IMG/VR virus record: IMGVR_UViG_3300045988_081755
Strand: one strand, 5' to 3'
DNA length: 64,000 nucleotides
Source of the DNA: a virus
Shown: positions 54,858 through 62,919 of the stretch, piece after piece
Layout: every line of letters starts with the position of its first letter
Position numbering within the stretch: the stretch's first letter is position 1
Notes under the pieces: generated by a model
Told to the model about the DNA's origin: nothing
Databases searched by the model: none
What the model saw: only the letters and a program-made list of their open reading frames with translations
Position numbers and translations under genes: made by a program

Positions 54858-55055
54858 TTATCCCCATATTACATAGTTCAAAAACCTTACCACACCGTCC
54901 CACCAGTCGAGGAACAGTTTCATTCCCCACAGGATTAGGAACACGAACACGGCTATCCAAAACCGCTGCCACCACACCCTGTATTTCTTTTTCAGAACCT
55001 TTCTTCCGAAGCGTCCCCAGAAGAAGTTCATGATTGTCCAAATTACTCTTTCCAT
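54858..55055 (-). CDS. small membrane protein candidate
   Basis: 65 aa with the Trp-rich hydrophobic segment WIAVFVFLILWGMKLF. An alternative frame (54850..55041) is less convincing. Confidence 0.4.
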   Translation of the reverse strand: MERVIWTIMNFFWGRFGRKVLKKKYRVWWQRFWIAVFVFLILWGMKLFLDWWDGVVRFLNYVIWG

Positions 55056-55076
55056 GATTACGATGATTTATTTAAC

Positions 55077-55232
55077 TCAAAAGTTTGCTTTCAGTTTAAG
55101 AACTCTCAGGACTTCTTTCAACTCGCTGTCCGTATAGTTACGAGCTATCTCCATTGATACACAGTTGTGATTAGAGGCGATTTCTATCGCTCTTTCACGG
55201 GATACTTTCGGGATTGTTCTTTTAATTCTCAT
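55077..55232 (-). CDS. small protein (51 aa)
   Basis: The track start at 55319 overlaps the promoter cassette. The ATG at 55232 (MRIKRTIPKVSRERAIEIASNHN...) lies downstream of the -7 box at 55256-55263. Confidence 0.5.
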   Translation of the reverse strand: MRIKRTIPKVSRERAIEIASNHNCVSMEIARNYTDSELKEVLRVLKLKANF

Positions 55233-55255
55233 GACTGTTAGTTTTAATGACTGAG

Positions 55256-55310
55256 CAAATGTACTGGGTTCTATCGACATATCAAAGAAATCCCGGAAGA
55301 AATTCCGGGA
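55256..55310 (-). promoter_or_regulatory. terminator hairpin + promoter cassette
   Basis: Hairpin TCCCGGAA-tttc-TTCCGGGA (55291-55310), TTTG (55283-55286), 19-nt spacer, TACATTTG (55256-55263). Confidence 0.65.
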
Positions 55311-55322
55311 TATCCTCAAGAT

Positions 55323-56114
55323 TTATTTCTTTAACTGTTTGAGATGAGCTATGTAACGAGCGTGAAGACATTGTATGTTATAGCCACCAGCCAAGATACA
55401 GCTCGTTTTAAAGAGATAACGACTTCCGGCTGTAATTACTATCCACTCGCCTACATAGTTCCCCTGCTGACCTTTAAAAGAGATGAGGTCGAACGACTGT
55501 ATCTTATCTTTGATAGGAGTGAGTTTCTTTTCCACCTGACCTATGAGTTTAGCTGTGGCAGCAGCGATGATGAACTTTACCTCTGACTCACGCTTTGCTT
55601 CGAACTCCTCACGTGTCTTGCAGTAGAAGAACAGGTTCAGGATTCCTGACTTCTGAAGTTCCTCATTCCTTTTGATTGACGGGTGGTTACGATAGGAAGT
55701 CGGTTTGGTTCTGTCCCATACTATCTCATCCTCATGAGTGTACCCGCACAGGCTGTAATACTGACGACGAAGAGCCGTGTTCTCAACTGTCTGTATTGAC
55801 TTCGGGTATCTTTCCTCATTTTCCTCGAGACGTTTACGAGCGTCGGCTTTCTTTGCCTCATCAGGTAGTTCGCCCATACAGTTAGGAGTCGTGCCCTCAG
55901 CTATCATCGAATAAAGACTCTTGATGTTTTCGTAGTCCTTGACTCTCAACTCATGATTGTGAATGTACCACTCTGATGACTTATACAGGCTCAGAGCCTC
56001 TTGGTATGTATTCCAACCCTGTTCCCAGAACTTTTCGATAGAGGCTCTTAACTCGTCGAGTGTTACTTGGGCCGTTGCTAATACTTCTTTCTGAATGTCT
56101 TGTACTGTTTTCAT
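55323..56114 (-). CDS. hypothetical protein
   Basis: 263-aa ORF with a promoter cassette at 56145-56175. Confidence 0.65.
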   Translation of the reverse strand: MKTVQDIQKEVLATAQVTLDELRASIEKFWEQGWNTYQEALSLYKSSEWYIHNHELRVKDYENIKSLYSMIAEGTTPNCMGELPDEAKKADARKRLEENEERYPKSIQTVENTALRRQYYSLCGYTHEDEIVWDRTKPTSYRNHPSIKRNEELQKSGILNLFFYCKTREEFEAKRESEVKFIIAAATAKLIGQVEKKLTPIKDKIQSFDLISFKGQQGNYVGEWIVITAGSRYLFKTSCILAGGYNIQCLHARYIAHLKQLKK

Positions 56115-56144
56115 GACTTTTTGATGTTATTGATTTGACTGATA

Positions 56145-56175
56145 CAAATATAGTCATTCCGAATGACTCAGCAAT
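56145..56175 (-). promoter_or_regulatory. Bacteroides-type promoter (variant -33 ATTG)
   Basis: TATATTTG (56145-56152), 19-nt spacer, ATTG (56172-56175). Confidence 0.55.
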
Positions 56176-56214
56176 GAACCATCCGGAATTTTCTTGAAGA
56201 TTTCTTCGATTTTA

Positions 56215-56712
56215 TCAGAAGTTATAGGAAATCGTCATAAGCACACGACCTGTTTCTTTGTCGTCACGGGTCTCAAGACTGAATTGATTGACTGAACAGC
56301 GAAGTTCGTTTTCGGGGTTCTGAAGAGCAGCCATAACCGTCTCACTAATCTTTTCAGCCTTTTCACATAGACGGTCTTCATTCTTACCAGAGCCACGTGA
56401 AGTATAGCCACGGAACTTGATGAACCTGAACTTTCCGTCAGACGGGAGCGTCAGATTTAGGGTTCCACGATTAGAGGCTTCCTCTTTGTCAGGGCGACTC
56501 ATTGTGAACTCACCAATTGTCAGGTGTAACTTTGCCAAGACAGGTTCGATGTCGTTGATGATTTGTTGAGCGACAACACCGTTGGCTTGGAGTTCTTCAC
56601 GCATACGATTGAGGTTTGCTATCTCTTTTTCGATTTGAGCATTGTACTGTTCGAAGTTACTGTTAAAATCTTGAGCCGTTTTCATATCCTTTAATTTTAA
56701 TTTGTTTGACAT
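56215..56712 (-). CDS. hypothetical protein
   Basis: 165-aa ORF with a promoter cassette at 56732-56762. Confidence 0.65.
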   Translation of the reverse strand: MSNKLKLKDMKTAQDFNSNFEQYNAQIEKEIANLNRMREELQANGVVAQQIINDIEPVLAKLHLTIGEFTMSRPDKEEASNRGTLNLTLPSDGKFRFIKFRGYTSRGSGKNEDRLCEKAEKISETVMAALQNPENELRCSVNQFSLETRDDKETGRVLMTISYNF

Positions 56713-56731
56713 TTGATTTACTTTGATGACA

Positions 56732-56762
56732 CAAAGGTAGTGGATTCTGATGAGTCTCCAAA
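56732..56762 (-). promoter_or_regulatory. Bacteroides-type promoter
   Basis: TACCTTTG (56732-56739), 19-nt spacer, TTTG (56759-56762). Confidence 0.65.
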
Positions 56763-56850
56763 GAAATTATCCAACTTTCTTCAGATTTTCTTCAAGATTT
56801 AACATTCGAGGACAGTCATTTCGCACATAACTCGCTGTGGGGTGACCATG

Positions 56851-57201
56851 TTAGGGTGATGACAATCCCCTGTCGACAGCCATTATACTTCTGTACCCTA
56901 TTTCCCGGAGTAGATGCAACGATTTATCCGTGTCTTGGTGGAGAGTTTTTAGGGACGTTTTCGAGTCGGTTACAGCGTCAGAACCGTCAGTCTCGTGATA
57001 ACGGATAGTGAGGCATACGATATCCTCGCAATAACAGCCGTACAGACTCCTGGGTTCAATGTAGGAACAGTCATCGTCGACAATCTTCACGGGTTGAGTC
57101 CGGAGGATTTGCTGCGTCGGAGAGTGTTGCAGTCCGGATTCGAAATACCTCCAGACCTCCTCCACCCACTCCAACCCCACCATTGTAACCAGCCGTAACA
57201 C
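56851..57201 (-). CDS. doubtful ORF in an otherwise non-coding, structured region
   Basis: 116 aa from a GTG start (first ATG at 57183). No promoter cassette or coupling. Unusual composition. Confidence 0.3.
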   Translation of the reverse strand: MLRLVTMVGLEWVEEVWRYFESGLQHSPTQQILRTQPVKIVDDDCSYIEPRSLYGCYCEDIVCLTIRYHETDGSDAVTDSKTSLKTLHQDTDKSLHLLREIGYRSIMAVDRGLSSP

Positions 57202-57400
57202 TCCGCATATCCTACCTCACGCCCATACCCCCTGACCATATACCTGTATAGCCTATATATGTATTCCTAACCCACCAGTGATTATCACCCCTACTTTTCT
57301 ATTTGGTAGGTACAAAACATCACCAACCTGATTCCTATTCCTATACCATTCTATTAGGAGCTAACCATATTGAGGCTCAGAGTTATACCATTGATTATGT

Positions 57401-57468
57401 GGACGTCCCTGTACGAGACGTCCAGAGGGATGTAACAAGCCATCACCACTGACTCATCACATCCCTCT
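57401..57468 (-). other. two abutting perfect hairpins in a non-coding region
   Basis: GGACGTC-9 nt-GACGTCC (57401-57423) is directly followed by AGAGGGATGT-25 nt-ACATCCCTCT (57424-57468). No U-tract follows. Confidence 0.6.
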
Positions 57469-57517
57469 GACATTTGTCCAGAACCCGAAGTCGATTATCG
57501 ACAACCGTTCATTGAAT

Positions 57518-57853
57518 CTATCGAGGCGACTGTCTCTTCCTCTGTATCACATCACACTCCTCTCGCAATTCCTTCAACGTTCTTGAATTGTGCTTGAGCG
57601 TATCATTAATCACACCAGCCACCTCATACTGTTCATTCCTGACAGCCTCATGATAAGCCGTCTCGAGCATCTTGAGATACATACTGACAGTCACGATTTC
57701 CGTCTCCAACATCTTCAAGTATAATATCTCATGATTGTTGAACACGTAATTGAACCGCTTGCTCAACAACGTATATCCCCACACCGACAGCACAATAACA
57801 GCCATCAGCAGTATGAATAATATGATAAGCAACTTAATCATAATACCATCCAA
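57518..57853 (-). CDS. membrane-anchored protein
   Basis: 111 aa, N-terminal TM IKLLIILFILLMAVIVLSVWGYTLL. Confidence 0.6.
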   Translation of the reverse strand: MDGIMIKLLIILFILLMAVIVLSVWGYTLLSKRFNYVFNNHEILYLKMLETEIVTVSMYLKMLETAYHEAVRNEQYEVAGVINDTLKHNSRTLKELREECDVIQRKRQSPR

Positions 57854-58374
57854 TCCTTTGCGAACATATCATTCCAGTCCGGCACGTAGTTCGTAGCCAC
57901 TGAACTGCTGGGGAACTGTTTAATCACAAGACACTGGTTGCGATAGTGAATGTCCTTGTCGGCTGTCTTACCTATCAACTCCTTGGCTGAATCAGGTAGG
58001 GACTGCATCTTAGGAACTATCTCAGCACTGATATCGCTGTCGATTTGCTTCACCACAAACTTATCCCCAATCCAACTTTCTCTTCTGATACATTTACCAG
58101 CCTCAAGAGCCTGTAATGCTTCCCCGAATGACAGGTTCTGATACGGGTGTTTATAAGCAGCGATGTCGTCATTGGTTATTCCTAACAGGCTCATTCTTGC
58201 CCTCAGGTTCTGACGATAATCATCCATCGCATTCATCTGACCATACATCAGGGGTTTCTGCTCAGAAGGGATTTCATTGAATTTAGGATTTTTGAGGATG
58301 AACTCATCCAACTTGTTTGTTCTCTCGTCGAGCTCTACATACTCGGCAATCATTCTTTCTTTAAATGCTTCCAT
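57838..58374 (-). CDS. fusion of an N4 gp49/Sf6 gp66-like domain and a DUF2829 (Tad2-like) domain
   Basis: 178 aa. N-terminal ERMIAEYVELDERTNKLDEFILKNPKFNEIPSEQKPLMYGQMNAMDDYRQNLRARM. C-terminal SFGEALQALEAGKCIRRESW...YVPDWNDMFAKDWMVL matches the DUF2829 hallmark (F-G-x-A-L-x-A-L-K-x-G-x-x-x-x-R-x-x-W ... D-W). Confidence 0.6.
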   Translation of the reverse strand: MEAFKERMIAEYVELDERTNKLDEFILKNPKFNEIPSEQKPLMYGQMNAMDDYRQNLRARMSLLGITNDDIAAYKHPYQNLSFGEALQALEAGKCIRRESWIGDKFVVKQIDSDISAEIVPKMQSLPDSAKELIGKTADKDIHYRNQCLVIKQFPSSSVATNYVPDWNDMFAKDWMVL

Positions 58375-58384
58375 TGTTTCTTAT

Positions 58385-58786
58385 TTATTGATTATCAAAA
58401 TGTCGTTGAATCAGATTGACCAATTCCTTCGATTCTATCTTATTCAACCATACTTTACTCACCAGGATATTTTGCTGATAAATATTGTACGACAGCCGTA
58501 TTGCACCATTCTCAATGGATTGACCGTTTACATTGTATCTGATATCAGCTTCTTCAAGTTCCTGAATACATTCATGTAAATCAAGAGCTTCATCAGGACT
58601 CAGAACTACTTCATCGTCGTCTTCGTAAATACTCCAGCCAATGATACTATCTACTTCCAACGACAGTTCATCATTCATAAACCGCCTCAACTGTACAGGG
58701 TTGGTTCGACCCTCGTATCCTCTAACTAATTGAGTTAAGGTTCTACCACGAAAATTTTCGTAGGAAACAAACAGATTTCTTTTCAT
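58385..58786 (-). CDS. hypothetical protein
   Basis: 133-aa ORF, 4-nt overlap with the upstream gene. Confidence 0.6.
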   Translation of the reverse strand: MKRNLFVSYENFRGRTLTQLVRGYEGRTNPVQLRRFMNDELSLEVDSIIGWSIYEDDDEVVLSPDEALDLHECIQELEEADIRYNVNGQSIENGAIRLSYNIYQQNILVSKVWLNKIESKELVNLIQRHFDNQ

Positions 58787-58995
58787 TCTTCTTTCATTTT
58801 AAAGTCTTTAAGTTCCTGGATTATTCTATCCCTGTTTTCTTTTGAGATATCACGGGTTCTTCCTATCCGTTCTGACTTGAGTATTTCAAGCCTACCATCC
58901 TCGTGAACCTTTGCTGTGGTCTTTACCGCATAGTCGTTACCGTAACCAAAGTCCACACCGATAATGATGTCTTTATTCTGAGCGAAGTGTATCAT
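58783..58995 (-). CDS. hypothetical protein
   Basis: 70-aa ORF, 4-nt overlaps on both sides. Confidence 0.55.
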   Translation of the reverse strand: MIHFAQNKDIIIGVDFGYGNDYAVKTTAKVHEDGRLEILKSERIGRTRDISKENRDRIIQELKDFKMKEE

Positions 58996-59360
58996 GGTAT
59001 TATTCCCAGATTAGGTTCATTCGAATGTTCCTGAATATACGCAAGGCACTCCTCACGTGTTCCCTGATAACGGTACAGGTTCCAAGGCTCAACTCCTGTG
59101 GTAGTATCCACCACAGCGCATTTTTCTTCACCACCTGTTTCTTCCTTATTGATGTTCATCGTTTCTTCATTGACAATCAGGCTGCTCACCTCTGTATCTA
59201 TTTCGTACAGGTAAATGGTCGTGCCGTCTTGATTGACAGCCAACTCGCCCTCGTCCTCATCAAGAAACACTTCCGAGATTTCCCCAACGAATCCTGGGGT
59301 CAAATCCATTAGGCTATCGCCCTCATGAATTTCTTTTCCGGCTGAATCTTTGTAAATCAT
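58992..59360 (-). CDS. hypothetical acidic protein
   Basis: 122-aa co-directional ORF. Confidence 0.6.
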   Translation of the reverse strand: MIYKDSAGKEIHEGDSLMDLTPGFVGEISEVFLDEDEGELAVNQDGTTIYLYEIDTEVSSLIVNEETMNINKEETGGEEKCAVVDTTTGVEPWNLYRYQGTREECLAYIQEHSNEPNLGIIP

Positions 59361-59456
59361 AATCGTCTTTCCTTTCTATCTTTTAAATGAGGCGTCATAC
59401 GGTCGTTCTAACAAACTTTTGCCACCCGTGCTGACACCTCATTCAGATTGTTACTG

Positions 59457-59804
59457 TTATTCGCTTATAGGAAGCAAGAACACCTTATCGAAGTTCTTTA
59501 TTACTGACATTGACGTAACGTCGCTATCAACCAATATTTTCCCACCCTTGATTTCTCTTACTGTATAGAGAGTTCCATACACGTTCTTCACTGTCTTGAA
59601 CCTGTCCCCAACTTTCAGTTCATCGAGTTTCACTTCCTTATACTCAGAACCATCCCCGAGGCAAAGCACCTCTTTGTCTTTACTGTTTACCTTTACACAG
59701 TGAGAACACGCATGACAGGCTGAACTGCCTATCTTACAACCGCCATGAATGTTGCAATCAGGCTGTAATTGGTTCCCTTCGAACCAAAACTTCATCTTTA
59801 ACAT
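59457..59804 (-). CDS. hypothetical protein with N-terminal Cys cluster
   Basis: 115 aa, CNIHGGCKIGSSACHACSHC. Confidence 0.55.
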   Translation of the reverse strand: MLKMKFWFEGNQLQPDCNIHGGCKIGSSACHACSHCVKVNSKDKEVLCLGDGSEYKEVKLDELKVGDRFKTVKNVYGTLYTVREIKGGKILVDSDVTSMSVIKNFDKVFLLPISE

Positions 59805-59805
59805 A

Positions 59806-60063
59806 CTACCAACATCTTTGAAAATTACTCAATTTCTTACCACATCTCGAACACTTCTGATAAGTCCCAGTCACCCAATGACCGCTCTTTCGCTTCTTTC
59901 CTCCTTTACGGCTTAAACTAAATTGCGCACCTCGGTAACGTTCTTCTATGACTGTTACAGGCTTATGCCCAAACCATTCGCAGAGCTTATTGTTCCACTT
60001 CTTGATTAGGGATTTTTGAATCTTCTTCCACTTCTTCATACGTTGAATTGAATCGTTTCTCAC
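59806..60063 (-). CDS. DUF1660-like small prophage protein
   Basis: 85 aa. LCEWFGHKP plus a C-terminal CSRCGKK. The true start may be the ATG at 60039. Overlaps the upstream ORF. Confidence 0.45.
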   Translation of the reverse strand: MRNDSIQRMKKWKKIQKSLIKKWNNKLCEWFGHKPVTVIEERYRGAQFSLSRKGGKKRKSGHWVTGTYQKCSRCGKKLSNFQRCW

Positions 60064-60295
60064 TCATGATAAATAACTCTCCGGACTCATCAGTGAAGAC
60101 CATGTCTCCACGATTGACACAACGCATACCGTTATCGCCATAGGCTTCGATATAACATTCATCACGGCTCGTGAACTGTTGGTCTATCTGGTAATCCTTC
60201 TCTTTCAGCTTTTCAACGACTTCGCTGAACGTGGTGTCTGATAACTGTACGATATCAAACACTCCGCTGACTTTTGCTCTAAACTTCTTCTTCAT
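59987..60295 (-). CDS. hypothetical protein
   Basis: 102-aa ORF, 12-nt gap after the sigma factor gene. Confidence 0.55.
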   Translation of the reverse strand: MKKKFRAKVSGVFDIVQLSDTTFSEVVEKLKEKDYQIDQQFTSRDECYIEAYGDNGMRCVNRGDMVFTDESGELFIMSEKRFNSTYEEVEEDSKIPNQEVEQ

Positions 60296-60307
60296 GATTT
60301 CCTTATA

Positions 60308-60919
60308 TTAATGTTTCTCAATATCCTCGTACGCACGCAAGGCAACCAGCTCAATTAAATCCTTTTTTGCCTTGTGCATAGCGTTCTTGACCTGCTGTAC
60401 GGTGAAGTCCAGCTCATCGGCTATTTCTTCGTAGGAGAAGTCATCAAAGAACTTCATCTGTAACACCCGTCGTGATACTTCAGGCATTTCATTCATGACT
60501 GTCCTAACGAATTCCAAACGCTGTTTGAACGACATTGCTTCTTCCGGTGTACGGCTGTCATCTATTACTTGTAACGTAGGTCGTTCATCCTCGGTATCGT
60601 CGAACCCTTCATCGATGCTAACGATGTTCACTCTGTTACGCTTACGACAGTAATCTATCGCACAGTTCCTTCCGATACGTACTAACCAAGCACTCAGTTG
60701 ATAGTCCGGCTGGAAGTTCTTTAACCGCTGAAAAGCCTTTTCAAAGGTTTCCATTACGATGTCGGCTGTAAGGTCGCTATCGTTTACGATATCAGATATC
60801 TGAATAGTCAAGATAATTCTGTATTTCTTGAAGATTGCTGAATAGGCTTCCTGGTCGCCACATAAGGCTCTTTGAACCAAAAAGAAGTCCTTCTCTTTTG
60901 ATGATAATTTAGGTCTCAT
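60308..60919 (-). CDS. sigma-70 family (ECF-like) RNA polymerase sigma factor
   Basis: 203 aa. Region 2-like YSAIFKKYRIILTIQ...ADIVMETFEKAFQRLKNFQPDYQLSAWLVRIGRNCAIDYCRKR and region 4 HTH-like RVLQMKFFDDFSYEEIADELDFTVQQVKNAMHKAKKDL. Confidence 0.85.
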   Translation of the reverse strand: MRPKLSSKEKDFFLVQRALCGDQEAYSAIFKKYRIILTIQISDIVNDSDLTADIVMETFEKAFQRLKNFQPDYQLSAWLVRIGRNCAIDYCRKRNRVNIVSIDEGFDDTEDERPTLQVIDDSRTPEEAMSFKQRLEFVRTVMNEMPEVSRRVLQMKFFDDFSYEEIADELDFTVQQVKNAMHKAKKDLIELVALRAYEDIEKH

Positions 60920-60946
60920 GATTTCTTATATTTGATTTAACGGGTG

Positions 60947-61000
60947 TAAATGTATATATTTAGATTGACATATCAAAGAAATCCCCGATTTATTTCGGGG
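60947..61000 (-). promoter_or_regulatory. terminator hairpin + promoter cassette of the sigma factor gene (variant -7 TACATTTA)
   Basis: Hairpin CCCCGAAATAAATCGGGG (60983-61000), TTTG (60974-60977), 19-nt spacer, TACATTTA (60947-60954). Confidence 0.55.
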
Positions 61001-61065
61001 AAATTCTTTACTCGTCGTCTTCGTCGTCATTTGCCTCTCCAATTTGTTTGTAGAAGGATTTGTTC

Positions 61066-61608
61066 TTACCAGGCTGCTGCCATCATGTTAATCGCTAATA
61101 TATCCTCGAACGTGAGGTCGTTGTCTTTCTTTTTGCGTTGAGCCTCGAACTCATCACAGGTCTCTGAAGCATACATCTTGAATTTATCGTAGTAGGCTAT
61201 CTGGAACAGTTCCCTCATGCGTTTACGTTCAGCAAGGTAGTTCTTACGATGCCATTCCCACATTTGGCTGAACTCAATATATTCAGCACGTGTGAACATA
61301 CATTTCACTATCTTTTTACGACCACGCTTCCATAGCTGCACTTCTTTCATGTACCGCTCGGTGGTTCCATAGACTGATACGTACAGTTGAAGGAATAGTT
61401 TCTGAACTGATGTTCTCATCTCGAACTCATACCATTGTTTCTCTTCTTCGTCAAGTTTAGATTCCTCTATACCATATTTCTCACAAAGAGCAGACAATAG
61501 GATTTTTGCGTTTGTGGCTTCACCACCAACACCTCTTTCGGCAAGAGCCTGTAATTTCCGGATTTTTAATAAAATACCAGCAGGGACGGATTGTTCTTTT
61601 AGTTCCAT
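61066..61608 (-). CDS. DUF2786-like protein
   Basis: 180 aa. GILLKIRKLQALAERGVGGEATNAKILLSALCEKYGI resembles the K-I-x-K-L-L-A-L-A...E-A-x-x-A motif of DUF2786. Confidence 0.5.
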   Translation of the reverse strand: MELKEQSVPAGILLKIRKLQALAERGVGGEATNAKILLSALCEKYGIEESKLDEEEKQWYEFEMRTSVQKLFLQLYVSVYGTTERYMKEVQLWKRGRKKIVKCMFTRAEYIEFSQMWEWHRKNYLAERKRMRELFQIAYYDKFKMYASETCDEFEAQRKKKDNDLTFEDILAINMMAAAW

Positions 61609-61636
61609 AATCTATGACTTTATTGATTTGACTGAA

Positions 61637-61667
61637 CAAATGTAGTGGTTCAGATTGAGATATCAAA
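61637..61667 (-). promoter_or_regulatory. Bacteroides-type promoter
   Basis: TACATTTG (61637-61644), 19-nt spacer, TTTG (61664-61667). Confidence 0.65.
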
Positions 61668-61696
61668 GAGTTTCCTCGGGAATTCTTCAAAATAAA

Positions 61697-61724
61697 TTGA
61701 GCCGAACTTCCCAGTCCGGCTCAA
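61697..61724 (-). terminator. hairpin terminator after 61781..62326
   Basis: TTGAGCCG-12 nt-CGGCTCAA followed on the minus strand by TTTATTTTG. Confidence 0.55.
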
Positions 61725-61780
61725 CCCTCGCAATATTTAATGCAATCCAACGGCAGATTTACCGCTATTATATAACGTCA

Positions 61781-62326
61781 TCAACAGCGTTTCACTCCAT
61801 TGATGTAGAATACGATTCTTTGCTTGTACGGCTCAGTCGTAGCAATTTGCTGCCACTTGATGTACCCATTATCAACAAGGAACCGAGCCAATCCCCTTGC
61901 TGCCTCGTATTGCCAACGCTCAATCTCACGAGCCATACGTGCATCAACATCAAGAGCATTCTGTATCGTTTCCTGGCGGAATGTTAGCATTTGAACAGCG
62001 TGCTCTGGCTGTGGGTAGGGACTGTCAACTACCTGTATGCAATCTCCCAAGACATCCATACCCATAACGACTGGAACTTGATACAGTTCGTGTGGCAACA
62101 TTCCAGGAACCACAATTCCTCTATCCCCATGCCAACGGGTATCAGCCATTTGTTTAATGAAAGGTGCGAGCTCTTCTTTCACCACCCTGTAATCGTCATA
62201 GACGGTTGCCTTACCATCTTCGAACCCTTCCTGATATACAGGTAGGAGAGCATCGTTACTGAACAAATAACGGAACGCCAGCTTAATACGTTCCCACAAG
62301 TTTCTTTTTCTCATTTCTGTTTTCAT
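61781..62326 (-). CDS. hypothetical protein
   Basis: 181-aa ORF followed by terminator hairpin 61697-61724. Confidence 0.6.
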   Translation of the reverse strand: MKTEMRKRNLWERIKLAFRYLFSNDALLPVYQEGFEDGKATVYDDYRVVKEELAPFIKQMADTRWHGDRGIVVPGMLPHELYQVPVVMGMDVLGDCIQVVDSPYPQPEHAVQMLTFRQETIQNALDVDARMAREIERWQYEAARGLARFLVDNGYIKWQQIATTEPYKQRIVFYINGVKRC

Positions 62327-62452
62327 ATTACGAACTTATTTTAGTGAGAGAGCCGGAGCTCCCTCTGGTTTATACTTCTCTGATAGCCATGTACCAGTCG
62401 TCGTTATGTTTTCAACACGTCCAACCGCTATCATACGTCGTTGTTCTCATAA

Positions 62453-62764
62453 TCATGCCTCCCCAAATAATTGACGCTCAACTTTCCAACCTCTCCTGAA
62501 AGATTTGTTTTGTCGACCGCATACACAGTTATACGTTTCCCGGAAGAACAGGGTTAAATCATCGTCAGAAACATCTTTCTGAACGTATCCCTCAAACCAT
62601 GCCCAAATATTAGGACGGTACTCAATTCCTATTTCAATCTTCATGAAGTCCGGATTGGGTTCTTTATCTGTTTCCCAACGGTGTATAGTCGGGTCCCACT
62701 TGTTTACTTCGTGACGTAAACCTTTATTCTCGGCAGCTTGTTTTAATTCTTTCAGAGTTTTCAT
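62453..62764 (-). CDS. hypothetical protein
   Basis: 103-aa ORF with a promoter cassette at 62790-62820. Confidence 0.6.
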   Translation of the reverse strand: MKTLKELKQAAENKGLRHEVNKWDPTIHRWETDKEPNPDFMKIEIGIEYRPNIWAWFEGYVQKDVSDDDLTLFFRETYNCVCGRQNKSFRRGWKVERQLFGEA

Positions 62765-62789
62765 GACTGTTTTAATTTGATTGACGCAG

Positions 62790-62820
62790 CAAAGTTAGTC
62801 ATTCTTTTGATATATCCAAT
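62790..62820 (-). promoter_or_regulatory. Bacteroides-type promoter (variant -33 ATTG)
   Basis: TAACTTTG (62790-62797), 19-nt spacer, ATTG (62817-62820). Confidence 0.55.
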
Positions 62821-62919
62821 GATTTATCCGGAATATTCTTATATTTTTCTTAAGATTTTATTCTTTGTACCTTTGTAATCGTTATATAACTGTTTATAAA
62901 CTCTTTAATATTAAAGACA

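Noticed and set aside
56860-57200. tRNA or tmRNA in the weakly coding region (GGGTTCAAT and GGATTCGAAAT T-loop-like strings)
   Set aside because: The flanking bases do not form T-arm or acceptor stems, and no cloverleaf could be built by eye.
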